The notes under the pieces: generated by a model
What the model was told of the DNA's origin: nothing
Database searches by the model: none
Seen by the model: only the letters and a program-made list of their open reading frames with translations
Position numbers and translations under genes: made by a program
Part shown: piece by piece, positions 46,747 through 56,335 of the stretch
Layout of the letters: the number at the start of each line of letters is the position of its first letter
Position numbering within the stretch: the stretch's first letter is position 1
Origin: Stellaceae bacterium
GTDB taxonomy: Bacteria > Pseudomonadota > Alphaproteobacteria > ATCC43930 > CGMCC-115725
DNA: 64,000 bases
Assembly (NCBI GenBank): GCA_041488295.1
Contig: JBGPOZ010000001.1
Coordinates: forward strand, 1,439 to 65,438
Direction of reading: 5' to 3'

Positions 46747-47258
46747 TCGGCACTGCGCCCGGCGTGTCGCCGCGGCGCTAGCGCCTGCTCTTCGATGCGA
46801 ATGCGCCAGGCAAGCATGAGGAGGTTGAGCAGGCCGAAACCGACCGCGATGTGCCACGCGCCGAATGCAAGGGGCAGAAGCGGAATCTCGAGGGCGACGA
46901 GCGCGTAGTTCGGGTGACGCAGGAATGCGTACGGTCCGCGCCGCACCAGCGGGGCATCGGGCAGTGAAATGATCCGCGTCGTCCAATAGGGGCCGAGGGA
47001 AGCGACGATCCACAATCGCAGCCCTTGGAGGAGGAGGAAAAACGCGAGCGGCACAAGATGCAGCGGCGCGTCGTGCGGGACAACGAGAAACAGCGTTGCG
47101 AGCCAGGCGGCGTGCAGTGCGACGAGCAGCGGATAATGCCACCTGCCGAACTCGACTGCGCCGCGTCGCCGCAGAGCTTGCGTGTTGCGCGCGGCATAAA
47201 GCAATTCGCCAAGCCGTTGCAGCGCGACAAGCGCGAGCAGGAGACGGACGGCGCTCAC
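46725..47258 (-). CDS. isoprenylcysteine carboxyl methyltransferase (ICMT) family membrane methyltransferase (SrsB-like)
   Basis: GTG 47258 forms a GTGA overlap with the PKS stop. It has multiple TM helices and an RRGPYAFLRHPNY motif typical of the ICMT/PEMT superfamily. Confidence 0.75.
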   Translation of the reverse strand: MSAVRLLLALVALQRLGELLYAARNTQALRRRGAVEFGRWHYPLLVALHAAWLATLFLVVPHDAPLHLVPLAFFLLLQGLRLWIVASLGPYWTTRIISLPDAPLVRRGPYAFLRHPNYALVALEIPLLPLAFGAWHIAVGFGLLNLLMLAWRIRIEEQALAPRRHAGRSADHFSWKA

Positions 47259-48304
47259 CGGTTGTCGAGAACCAAGAACGCGGCGGTGAATCCCGGTCCG
47301 AGCGCGCTCATCAGCATGCGTCGCCGCACCCCCTTCTGCAGCATGCGCTCGAGCACGAATAGAACGGTGGCCGCCGACATGTTGCCGAAGTCGCGCAAGA
47401 CGCGCCGCCCCTCGACGAGACTTCCGGACGGAAGGTCGAAGGCTTGTTCGAGCGCGGTTACGACCTTGGCTCCGCCGGGATGGCAAACGAAGGCGCCGAT
47501 CTCGGCGAGCGTCAGCCCGTGCCGCGAGAGGAAGGCGTCGGCAACCGGCCGGAGCTTCGTGCGGACGAGCTGCGGGATGTCGCGCGAGAAGATCGCCTTT
47601 AGGCCATCCTCCTCGACGTCCCAGCCCATGATGCCGAGAGAATCCGGCCAAGTATGCTCGCCGGCGGCGCCGAGCAGAACGCCGTCGCCCTGGCATGACA
47701 AGATGGCGCCGGCGGCGCCGTCGCCGAAAAGTGCCGTGGCGACGATGTTGCTTTTCGAGGAATCATTTTTGCGAAAGCAGAGCATGCAGAGTTCGACGAC
47801 AAGAAAAAGGACGCGGCTCGACGGCGCGGCGCGGGCAAGCGCGGCGGCCCGCGCGAGGCCGATGACGCCGCCGGCGCAGCCCAAGCCGAAGATCGGCAGC
47901 CTTTGCACGTCGCGCCGCAGGCCAAGACGATCGACGAGCCGCGCATCGAGGCTCGGCGTCGCGATGCCTGTCGTCGAGGCGACGACCACGGCGTCGATCT
48001 CGTCGGGCCGCAATTTCGCGGTCGAGAGACAGTCCCGGGCAACCTTCTCGATGAGGATGTCGGCGTTCTCGATGTAGAGCCTGTTGCGCTCCTTCCAGCC
48101 AGGTGGATCTTTGTACCAATCGAGCGGCACGCACGAATAACGCGTTTCGATTCCCGAATTGTCGAAAACGGGCAGGAGGCGCTCGACTTCGTGTGACGAT
48201 CCGGCGAAGAACTGCGGCGCGCACCGGCGCACCGCCACTTGGGAGAGGGCGTATGGCGGTACGGCGGTCGCAAGGGCGATGAGGCGCGGTTCTGTCATAT
48301 TCAC
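47255..48304 (-). CDS. type III polyketide synthase (chalcone/stilbene synthase superfamily)
   Basis: 349 aa. Catalytic Cys in IFGLGCAGG, His in FVCHPGGAKV, Asn in FGNMSAATV, and a C-terminal GPGFTA loop. Confidence 0.9.
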   Translation of the reverse strand: MNMTEPRLIALATAVPPYALSQVAVRRCAPQFFAGSSHEVERLLPVFDNSGIETRYSCVPLDWYKDPPGWKERNRLYIENADILIEKVARDCLSTAKLRPDEIDAVVVASTTGIATPSLDARLVDRLGLRRDVQRLPIFGLGCAGGVIGLARAAALARAAPSSRVLFLVVELCMLCFRKNDSSKSNIVATALFGDGAAGAILSCQGDGVLLGAAGEHTWPDSLGIMGWDVEEDGLKAIFSRDIPQLVRTKLRPVADAFLSRHGLTLAEIGAFVCHPGGAKVVTALEQAFDLPSGSLVEGRRVLRDFGNMSAATVLFVLERMLQKGVRRRMLMSALGPGFTAAFLVLDNR

Positions 48305-48453
48305 ATAGATGCAATTTCGATAAGTAAACGCTTCCGTATCGTTTAACGCAAATCACCAAATCGCGATGAGATGTCGGGCGGTGACCTCGGACGCGCCAAA
48401 TTGTCCGACGCGCCGCTGGCCTTCCTGCGCTAGACTGGCGCGACGCACTGTCC

Positions 48454-49179
48454 GTGTTGGAGCATTCCTTGTCGTCCCCGCCTCTTGGATCATCGCCGGC
48501 CCGGGTACGACCGCGCGGCCACATCATCGAACGCTTTCGCGCCTACTTCTTTGCCGGCCTGCTCGTCACCGGCCCCGCCGGCCTCACCTTCTATGTCGCC
48601 TGGCTCTTCGTCGATTTCATCGACAGCCGCGTTGCCTCGCTCATTCCCGCGGCCTGGGACCCCTCGCACTATCTGCCGATCCACGTTCCGGGCCTTGGTC
48701 TCATAGTCGTCGTGGTCGGGCTCACGCTGATCGGCTGGATCGCGGCCGGCTATGTCGGGCGGCGGCTCCTGCGCATCGGCGATCGCATCCTCGCCCGCAT
48801 GCCGCTCATTCGCGGGCTCTATGGCGCGATGAAGCAGATCTTCGAGACGGTGCTCTCGAAGCAATCGAACACCTTTCGAGAGGTGGCGCTCGTCGAATGG
48901 CCGCGCCGCGGGATGTGGGCGGTCGCCTTCATCACCGGGAGGCCGGAGGGCGAGATCCGCGAATTGACCGAGGGCGATATCGTCAATGTCTACGTCCCGA
49001 CGACGCCCAATCCGACATCGGGGTACCTCATCCATGTGCCGCGACGCGATCTCATCTCCTTGTCGATGACGGTCGAGGAGGGGATCAAGTTCGTGATCTC
49101 GGGCGGCATCGTCGCCCCGCCACCGCGCCGCGAGACGGCGAAGCCGGTCGCCGCGGTCGAGCCGCCGCTGGTGAAATAA
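48454..49179 (+). CDS. DUF502 domain-containing membrane protein
   Basis: FFAGLLVTGPAGLTFYV...PLIRGLYGAMKQI...PTTPNPTSGYL are characteristic DUF502 motifs. GTG start. Confidence 0.8.
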   Translation: MLEHSLSSPPLGSSPARVRPRGHIIERFRAYFFAGLLVTGPAGLTFYVAWLFVDFIDSRVASLIPAAWDPSHYLPIHVPGLGLIVVVVGLTLIGWIAAGYVGRRLLRIGDRILARMPLIRGLYGAMKQIFETVLSKQSNTFREVALVEWPRRGMWAVAFITGRPEGEIRELTEGDIVNVYVPTTPNPTSGYLIHVPRRDLISLSMTVEEGIKFVISGGIVAPPPRRETAKPVAAVEPPLVK

Positions 49180-49197
49180 GCGGTTCGCCATCGATTC

Positions 49198-51276
49198 TCA
49201 CCCCGTCCGCAGATAGCGCACCGCGGCATCGCGCTGAAAGAGATAGAGCAGGACGCGAAGCGCCTCTCCGCGCGGCGATTTGAGCTCGGGATCGCGCGCC
49301 AGCACGAGACGCGCGTCGTCATGCGCCGTCGCCAGCAGCTCGCCATGCACCGCGAGATCGGCGAGGCGTAGCGCCGGCATGCCGCTTTGCTTCGTACCGA
49401 GGATCTCGCCGCCGCCGCGCAGGCGAAGATCTTCCTCGGCGATCCGGAAACCGTCTTCGGTCTCGCGCATCATGCGCAACCGTGCCTTTGCCGTCTCGCC
49501 GAGCGGGGGCGCATAGAGAAGAAGACAGCTCGACGCAAGCGTGCCGCGCCCGATCCGACCGCGAAGTTGATGAAGCTGAGCCAGACCGAAGCGTTCGGCA
49601 TGCTCGATCACCATGATCGTGGCCGCGGCCACATCGACGCCGACCTCGACGACCGTGGTCGCGACCAGGAGATCGACGCTGCCATCCGCGAACTCCGCCA
49701 TCACGCGATCCTTGTCGGCGGTTTTCATGCGCCCATGGACGAGCCCGACACGCGCTCCGAAAATCTCCGCGAGGGCGGCATGGCGCGAGGCCGCGGCGGC
49801 GAGATCGACCGCCTCGGAGTCTTCGACGAGCGGACAGATCCAATAGATCTTGGCGCCGCCGTCTAGCGCGCGCCGCACTGCGGCGACGACCTCGTCGAGG
49901 CGATCCACGGGAAGGGTGCGCGTCGCGATCGGTCGGCGTCCCGCCGGCTTTTCGGCGAGGCGAGATGCGTCGAGGTCGCCGTAGGCGGTCATGACCAGGG
50001 TGCGCGGAATGGGTGTTGCAGTCATGACCAATATGTCGACGGCCTCGCCCTTGGCGGCGAGCGCGACGCGCTGCTCGACGCCGAAGCGATGCTGCTCGTC
50101 GATGACCGCGAGGGCGAGATCGCGGAAGGTGACGTCGTCTTGGAAGAGGGCGTGCGTTCCGATGACGATCGATGCCGCGCCGGACGCGATCCGTGCCAAG
50201 ACGTCCTGCCGTGCACGGCCCTTCTCGCGGCCGGTCAGAAGCGCAATCTCGATTCCCGCCGGCGCCGCCAATCGTTCAATCGTCGCGAGATGCTGGCGGC
50301 ACAGAATCTCGGTCGGTGCCATGAGTGCCGACTGGGCACCGCATTCAGTCACCGCCAGCATTGCCATGAGAGCGACGACGGTCTTGCCGCTGCCGACATC
50401 GCCTTGGAGAAGGCGCGACATCCGTTGCGGCGCTGCCATGTCGGCAAAAATCTCGGCAAGTGCCTGGTTTTGCGCCGCGGTGAGTCGAAAGGGCAGCTTC
50501 TCTTCGACGGCTCGGCGCAGTCGGCCGTCGCCCGGCAAGGCGCGGCCGGGCAGGCGCCTTGTGTGTGCGCGAACGAGCGCAATCGCGAGCTGGTTGGCGA
50601 GCAGCTCGTCATAGGCGAGGCGCCGGCGCGCCGGAGCCAACGGCGAGAGATCCGCGTCGCTTCCCGGCGAATGCGCTGTCTCGAGCGCCGTCCGCCAATC
50701 CACCCAACCCTCGCGCCTGTGCAGAGCGGGGTCGAGCCATTCCGGAAGCGGTCGTGTCCGCCCCAGCGCCGCGGCGACCGCCTTCTGCACCACGCGGGGC
50801 GAGAGACCGGCGGTCAAGCCATAGACGGGCTCGACCGGCTTCATCTCCGCCTCTTCCTCGGGCGGCACGATGTGGTCGGGATGCGCGATCTGGATCTCGT
50901 TGTTGAAATGCTCGACTTGGCCGCTGACGATCCGTGTCGAGCCGATCGGCAGAAGGCGCTGGAGGTAGTCGCCCTTCGCATGGAAGAAGACGAGGTGGAG
51001 GAAGCCCGTCTCGTCGATGCAGCGGACGCGATAAGGCCGGTTGCCGTGGCCCGGCAGGTGCTGCTCGACGCGCACGGTGATGGTGGCGACGGCGCCGGGC
51101 GGGGCCTCCCTGATCTTCGGCCTGAAGCGGCGGTCGACGAGCCGTTGCGGCAGATGCCAGAGGAGATCCACGATCGACGGTCCGGCGATCCGCTCGAACA
51201 GCTTGGCAAAGCGCGGACCGATCCCCGGCAAGCTTGTCACCGGGGCGAATAGCGGAAAAAGGATCTCCGGGCGCAA
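49198..51276 (-). CDS. recG: ATP-dependent DNA helicase RecG
   Basis: Helicase motifs GDVGSGKT and DEQHRFG, plus the wedge/OB N-terminal region. A TTG start at 51276 follows GGAGGA and gives (M)RPEILFPLFAPVTSLPGIGP. The longer ORF-track extension is Arg-rich junk. Confidence 0.9.
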   Translation of the reverse strand: MRPEILFPLFAPVTSLPGIGPRFAKLFERIAGPSIVDLLWHLPQRLVDRRFRPKIREAPPGAVATITVRVEQHLPGHGNRPYRVRCIDETGFLHLVFFHAKGDYLQRLLPIGSTRIVSGQVEHFNNEIQIAHPDHIVPPEEEAEMKPVEPVYGLTAGLSPRVVQKAVAAALGRTRPLPEWLDPALHRREGWVDWRTALETAHSPGSDADLSPLAPARRRLAYDELLANQLAIALVRAHTRRLPGRALPGDGRLRRAVEEKLPFRLTAAQNQALAEIFADMAAPQRMSRLLQGDVGSGKTVVALMAMLAVTECGAQSALMAPTEILCRQHLATIERLAAPAGIEIALLTGREKGRARQDVLARIASGAASIVIGTHALFQDDVTFRDLALAVIDEQHRFGVEQRVALAAKGEAVDILVMTATPIPRTLVMTAYGDLDASRLAEKPAGRRPIATRTLPVDRLDEVVAAVRRALDGGAKIYWICPLVEDSEAVDLAAAASRHAALAEIFGARVGLVHGRMKTADKDRVMAEFADGSVDLLVATTVVEVGVDVAAATIMVIEHAERFGLAQLHQLRGRIGRGTLASSCLLLYAPPLGETAKARLRMMRETEDGFRIAEEDLRLRGGGEILGTKQSGMPALRLADLAVHGELLATAHDDARLVLARDPELKSPRGEALRVLLYLFQRDAAVRYLRTG

Positions 51277-51337
51277 GTGCTTCAATCCTCCGCGCCGAGG
51301 CGGTGTGCAGTCCACACGCGAAACCTGGTGCTCACGG

Positions 51338-52306
51338 TCATTGTTGCGGCGCGACGCCCCAATCCGGATGTCCCGCCGGATCGGCATCCCAGAACACGAT
51401 CCGATCGAAATAGATCGTCTGCCGCTCGGCGCGCCAGTCGCGATAGATGCCAAAGCGCGGCTGCGCATCGATGAAGGGGTGGCCGTCGCGGCGAGTGCCA
51501 TGTTCGGGATCGCCCATCGGCCCCCGATAGGATCCGCAATGCCGGCCGTCAAGCCAGAGATCGGCGCGGCCGCTGTCGTCCTGCGCAGGGAAGAGCCGCA
51601 CATTCACCACATGCCAGGTCTCGCGCGGCAGGTCGTCGATGACGCAGAATTGCGTGCGCCGCACGGTGGGTGGCTCGGCGCAGGCGGCGCCTGCGGCGAC
51701 CTGCGCGAAAAAGCGCACCCCTTGGCCGACCGGGCGCGCCTCGATCTTGAAGAACGGGCTGGCGCTGCAATCCGCGCCATTCCTCGCTGAATTCTGCTTG
51801 ATCTGGTGGATGACGGTGCGGCAGGGCGGGCGGTCCGCCAGGGGAACGTCGCGCGGCCAATCCGCCGGGGCCTTGAAGGCAAAGCGATACCAGACGGGCA
51901 CCCCGAATTTGACCAGCTCACGGGATTTCACTTGAATCTCGGCCCGTTCGGTCGGCGCAATGCCGCCGGGCTCAGCCTCGATCTCGGCCGCCCGGGAGCC
52001 GTGGGCATCGCAGACGTAGCGCTTCGCCGAGAGCGCTGCGGGGGATGCACCGTCGAGCGCATCGCCTTCCTCGACAGCGATGCGACCGACGGTCCTGCCG
52101 ATCGGATCGGCGACGATGCCGACGCGCAGTGCCCACAGCTTCGCGTCGAGTCCCTTGGAGATGCCCCATTTTCCGAGCAGCGCCGACGGCGTATCTGCAC
52201 TTTCCGCGAAGTCTTCGATGAAGACGGGTTGCGGCGGTGCTGGAGCCGCTTGTGCGGTTGCCGGTGCAAGCGCAGCGAGAAGGATGAGTCTGAGTGCGGT
52301 CATCAT
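51338..52306 (-). CDS. secreted protein, polysaccharide-lyase/heparin-lyase-I-like (concanavalin-type fold) candidate
   Basis: Signal peptide MMTALRLILLAALAPATAQA. RAEIQV...VWYRFAFK...VIHQIKQ...FFKIEA...WHVVNV...PRFGIYRD...IYFDRIVFWD resembles the Polysacc_lyase (PF14099) pattern. The assignment is tentative. Confidence 0.5.
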   Translation of the reverse strand: MMTALRLILLAALAPATAQAAPAPPQPVFIEDFAESADTPSALLGKWGISKGLDAKLWALRVGIVADPIGRTVGRIAVEEGDALDGASPAALSAKRYVCDAHGSRAAEIEAEPGGIAPTERAEIQVKSRELVKFGVPVWYRFAFKAPADWPRDVPLADRPPCRTVIHQIKQNSARNGADCSASPFFKIEARPVGQGVRFFAQVAAGAACAEPPTVRRTQFCVIDDLPRETWHVVNVRLFPAQDDSGRADLWLDGRHCGSYRGPMGDPEHGTRRDGHPFIDAQPRFGIYRDWRAERQTIYFDRIVFWDADPAGHPDWGVAPQQ

Positions 52307-52407
52307 GGACACTGTAGCTTGAGCCCGAGGCCACATCGTCCCAAATGACGCCAGCGATGATCGCGCATGACGCCACGACCATATCGTGCTTTTCTCCGCG
52401 AGAGCCA

Positions 52408-52704
52408 GTGCGAAACCGTGAGCGAAAGACCGTGTCTGATCCAGTCGAAATCCGCCGCAAGCGGCTTCTTTTTCGAAGCTGGCACCGCGGCACGAAGGAA
52501 ACCGATCTGCTGCTCGGCTCGTTTGCCGAACGTCACCTTTCCACCTTTTCGGAAGTTCAGCTTGACCGCTACGAGGCCTTGCTCGAAAACGACGATGGAC
52601 GGCTCTACGACTGGATCACCGGTCGGTCGCCGCCGCCACCCGAACAGGACCATGACGTGATGCGCCTCTTGCGCGACTTTCGGTATCGAGCCAGGCCCGC
52701 GTGA
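52408..52704 (+). CDS. sdhE: succinate dehydrogenase assembly factor 2 / FAD assembly factor SdhE
   Basis: RRKRLLFRSWHRGTKETDLLLGSF...YDWITG is the SdhE/Sdh5 (DUF339) signature. The start is uncertain: ATG 52345 is the longest option, and GTG 52408 or 52432 fit the family length better. Confidence 0.65.
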   Translation: MRNRERKTVSDPVEIRRKRLLFRSWHRGTKETDLLLGSFAERHLSTFSEVQLDRYEALLENDDGRLYDWITGRSPPPPEQDHDVMRLLRDFRYRARPA

Positions 52705-55700
52705 CCGTTCGCGATGAGGTTGCGCTTGCCGGTGCGGCGCTGCCGGCGCTCCGCGCTCCTAGCCGCATCACGATCTCAGGTGCGCCTGAAGGGCATGACG
52801 CGTTCATCCTGGGCCGGCTCGTTAGTGACGGAGCGGCCTCGGACATTTTGCATGTCTGTCGCGACGACGGACGCATGGCACGCACGGCGTCAGCGCTCGC
52901 CTTCTACGCCCCCGCAGTCGAAATCCTGACGCTTCCAGCGTGGGATTGCCTACCCTACGACCGCGCGTCGCCCAATACCGAGATTGTCAGCCGCCGGGTC
53001 GATACCTTGACGCGCCTTGCCGATGCGGCGGAGACGAAGACGGCCGGTCGCCGCATCGTCCTCACCACCGTCAACGCGCTGATGCAGCGGGTCCCGCAGC
53101 GCAGCCTCTTTCGCGGCCGCGTGCTCCGCCTCGCGCGCGGCGGGCGCATCGCGACCGAACGGCTGCTGGCGTTTCTTGCGCAGAATGGCTACCAGCGCAC
53201 CGAGACGGTGCGCGAGGCCGGTGAGTTCGCCGTGCGCGGCGGCATCGTCGACCTCTTTCCCTCGGGCGAGGCCGAGCCCTTGCGCCTCGATTTCTTCGGC
53301 GACACGCTGGACGGAATCCGCAGTTTCGATCCGCTGACGCAGCGCTCGACCGGCAAGCGCGACGCCATTGCGTTGAAGCCGATGAGCGAGGTCTTGCTCG
53401 ACGAGCGGGCCGTGCACCGTTTTCGCACGCGCTACCGCGAGCAGTTCGGCACCGTTGCCGACGACGATCCGCTCTATGAGGCGGTAAGTGCCGGCCGCCG
53501 TTACATCGGTATGGAGCACTGGCTGCCGCTTTATTACGAAGAACTCGAGACGATCTTCGACTATCTGCCCAGCGCCGCGGTGACGCTCGATTACCAGGCC
53601 CTCGACGTGCGCGACGTGCGTCTCGCGACCATTGCAGATTTCTACTCCACGCGCAAAAACGTGACCCCTGCGGCACGCGGGATCGCTCCCGTCTATCGCC
53701 CGGTGCGGCCGGAGCAGCTTTACCTCGACGACAAGGAATGGGATGCGGCGCTTGGCGCGCGGGCCGTCGCCTCTTTCACGCCTTTCGCTGCGCCCGAGGG
53801 TACGCTTCACGCTTTCGATGCCGGTGCACGACCGTCACGCAACTTCGCCGAAGCCCGCGCCAACCCGAAGACGAACGTCTTCGATGTCGTCCGCGATCAC
53901 ATCGAATCCGAGCAGGCACGCGGAATACGCGTCGCTGTTGCGGCGTTCAGCGCCGGGTCGGCAGATCGCCTGACGACGGTTCTGCGCGATCACGGCGTCG
54001 CCGCGGTGCAACGCGTCGAGGGCTGGGCGGCGCTTCTGGAGCTGCCGCCACTTGCCGTCGGGCTCGTCGTGCTCGGCCTCGAGCACGGCTATGCCTTTGG
54101 CGATCTCGTCATCATCAGCGAGCAGGACATTTTGGGCGACCGCCTCGCGCGGCCGCCGAAACGGCGGCAGAGCTTCGATAAATTCATCGCCGAGGTCTCG
54201 AACCTGACGCCGGGCGACCTCGTCGTCCATGCCGAGCACGGCATCGGCCGTTACGACGGGCTCGTCACCCTCGAGGTCAGCGGCGCTCCGCACGATTGCC
54301 TGCGCCTCGTCTATACGGGTGACGACAAGCTATTCGTGCCGGTCGAGAACATCGAGGTGCTCTCGCGCTTCGGTTCCGAGGATGCCAATGTCCAGCTCGA
54401 CAGGCTGGGCGGCGTCGCTTGGCAATCGCGCAAGGCACGCGTCAAGAAGCGCATTCTTGAGATCGCACAGGATCTGATCGCCGTAGCCGCCGAGCGCCAG
54501 CTCCGTCAGGGCGAGGCGATGCCTGCGCCTGAGGGGCTCTACGAGGAGTTCGCCGCGCGTTTTCCCTATCCCGAGACGGACGACCAGCTTCGCGCGATCG
54601 AGGAGACCTTGTCCGACATGGCTTCCGGCAAGCCGATGGACCGCCTCATCTGCGGCGATGTCGGTTTCGGCAAGACGGAAGTGGCGCTGCGCGCCGCCTT
54701 CGTCGCAGCGATGACGGGAACGCAGGTGGCGGTCATCGTGCCGACGACCCTGCTGGCGCGGCAGCATTACCGCACCTTCACCGAGCGCTTTGCGGGTCTC
54801 CCGGTCCGCGTGGGACAACTCTCGCGCCTTGTCGGCACGAAGGAAGCGACAGAGCTGAAGAGCGAGCTCGCCGAGGGCCGGATCGACATCGTCGTCGGCA
54901 CGCATGCCCTGCTCGGCAAGGGCGTCAGGTTCAAGAACCTCGGCCTCCTCGTCATCGACGAGGAACAGCATTTCGGCGTGAAGCAAAAAGAAAAGCTGAA
55001 GCAGCTGAAGAGCAGCGTCCACGTCCTGACGCTGACTGCGACGCCGATCCCGCGCACGCTTCAACTGGCGCTGTCGGGCGTGCGCGAAATGAGCATCATC
55101 GCGACGCCTCCGGTCGACCGCCTCGCCGTCCGCACCTTCGTTATGCCCTATGACGGCGTCGTGCTGCGCGAGGCGATCATCCGCGAGCATCATCGCGGCG
55201 GGCAGATCTTCTACGTCGCACCGCGCATCAGCGACATCGACGATTTGCGTGAGCAACTGACGCAGCTCGTCCCCGAGATCAAGATCGCGGTCGCGCATGG
55301 TCGCATGGGCCCGAACGAGCTCGAGGCGGTGATGGGCGCCTTCGATGAGCGGAGCTTCGATCTGCTGCTGTCGACCAACATCATCGAATCGGGGCTCGAC
55401 ATGCCGTCTGCGAATACGATGGTGATCCATCGCGCGGACATGTTCGGCCTATCGCAGCTCTATCAGCTCCGTGGCCGCATCGGCCGCGGCAAGGTGCGGG
55501 CATACGCCTATCTGACGTTGCCCACCGGCAAGGCGCTCAGCGAGACGGCGCAGCGGCGGCTCGAAGTGATGCAGACCCTCGACACGCTCGGCGCCGGCTT
55601 CACTCTGGCGAGCCACGATCTCGACATCCGAGGTGCCGGCAATCTGCTCGGCGAGGAACAATCGGGCCATGTCCGCGAGGTCGGCATCGAGCTCTACCAG

Positions 55701-56300
55701 CATATGCTCGAAGAAGCCGTGGCGGCGGCACGCAGCGGTCCGGGCGCGCTTGGGGAGGCGGTGCCGGAGGAGTGGACGCCGCAGATCACGATCGGGACGC
55801 CCGTTCTTATCCCCGAGGCGTATGTCGCCGATCTCGGCGTGCGGCTCGGTCTCTACCGCCGCATCGCAAGCCTCGTCGACCGACGCGAGCTCGACGCCTT
55901 CGCCGCCGAGCTCGTCGACCGCTTCGGCTCGCTCCCCGCCGAGGTCGACAACCTCCTCGAGATCATCGCCATCAAGCGGCTCTGCCGCGACGCCGGGATC
56001 GAGAAGGTCGACGCCGGGCCCAAGGGCGCCGTCATCACCTTCCGCGGAAATCGTTTCGCCAACCCCGCGGGGCTCGTCGATTTCATCCAGAAGCAGGTCG
56101 GGACGGCGAAGCTGCGGCCCGATCAGAAGCTCGTCTTCATCCGCGGTTGGGAAGAGACGAAAGAACGTGTCGTCGGCGTCAATCGCCTGCTGCAGGCACT
56201 GACGACGATCGCGGGGGTAGGGGCGGCCGGCAACGGGGCGGCGATGCCGCCGCCGCCGAGCGATCTGGTGAAGCGCGCGGCCGCAGGCGAGCGGCGGTAG
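52701..56300 (+). CDS. mfd: transcription-repair coupling factor
   Basis: 1199 aa with a UvrB-homology N-terminal region, the CarD/TRCF RNAP-interaction domain (VVHAEHGIGRY), helicase motifs GDVGFGKTE and DEEQHFG, and the TRG motif region. Confidence 0.95.
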   Translation: MTVRDEVALAGAALPALRAPSRITISGAPEGHDAFILGRLVSDGAASDILHVCRDDGRMARTASALAFYAPAVEILTLPAWDCLPYDRASPNTEIVSRRVDTLTRLADAAETKTAGRRIVLTTVNALMQRVPQRSLFRGRVLRLARGGRIATERLLAFLAQNGYQRTETVREAGEFAVRGGIVDLFPSGEAEPLRLDFFGDTLDGIRSFDPLTQRSTGKRDAIALKPMSEVLLDERAVHRFRTRYREQFGTVADDDPLYEAVSAGRRYIGMEHWLPLYYEELETIFDYLPSAAVTLDYQALDVRDVRLATIADFYSTRKNVTPAARGIAPVYRPVRPEQLYLDDKEWDAALGARAVASFTPFAAPEGTLHAFDAGARPSRNFAEARANPKTNVFDVVRDHIESEQARGIRVAVAAFSAGSADRLTTVLRDHGVAAVQRVEGWAALLELPPLAVGLVVLGLEHGYAFGDLVIISEQDILGDRLARPPKRRQSFDKFIAEVSNLTPGDLVVHAEHGIGRYDGLVTLEVSGAPHDCLRLVYTGDDKLFVPVENIEVLSRFGSEDANVQLDRLGGVAWQSRKARVKKRILEIAQDLIAVAAERQLRQGEAMPAPEGLYEEFAARFPYPETDDQLRAIEETLSDMASGKPMDRLICGDVGFGKTEVALRAAFVAAMTGTQVAVIVPTTLLARQHYRTFTERFAGLPVRVGQLSRLVGTKEATELKSELAEGRIDIVVGTHALLGKGVRFKNLGLLVIDEEQHFGVKQKEKLKQLKSSVHVLTLTATPIPRTLQLALSGVREMSIIATPPVDRLAVRTFVMPYDGVVLREAIIREHHRGGQIFYVAPRISDIDDLREQLTQLVPEIKIAVAHGRMGPNELEAVMGAFDERSFDLLLSTNIIESGLDMPSANTMVIHRADMFGLSQLYQLRGRIGRGKVRAYAYLTLPTGKALSETAQRRLEVMQTLDTLGAGFTLASHDLDIRGAGNLLGEEQSGHVREVGIELYQHMLEEAVAAARSGPGALGEAVPEEWTPQITIGTPVLIPEAYVADLGVRLGLYRRIASLVDRRELDAFAAELVDRFGSLPAEVDNLLEIIAIKRLCRDAGIEKVDAGPKGAVITFRGNRFANPAGLVDFIQKQVGTAKLRPDQKLVFIRGWEETKERVVGVNRLLQALTTIAGVGAAGNGAAMPPPPSDLVKRAAAGERR

Positions 56301-56335
56301 CATCTCTTTGCTCGAGCCCTTCGACCCGGCTGTGT

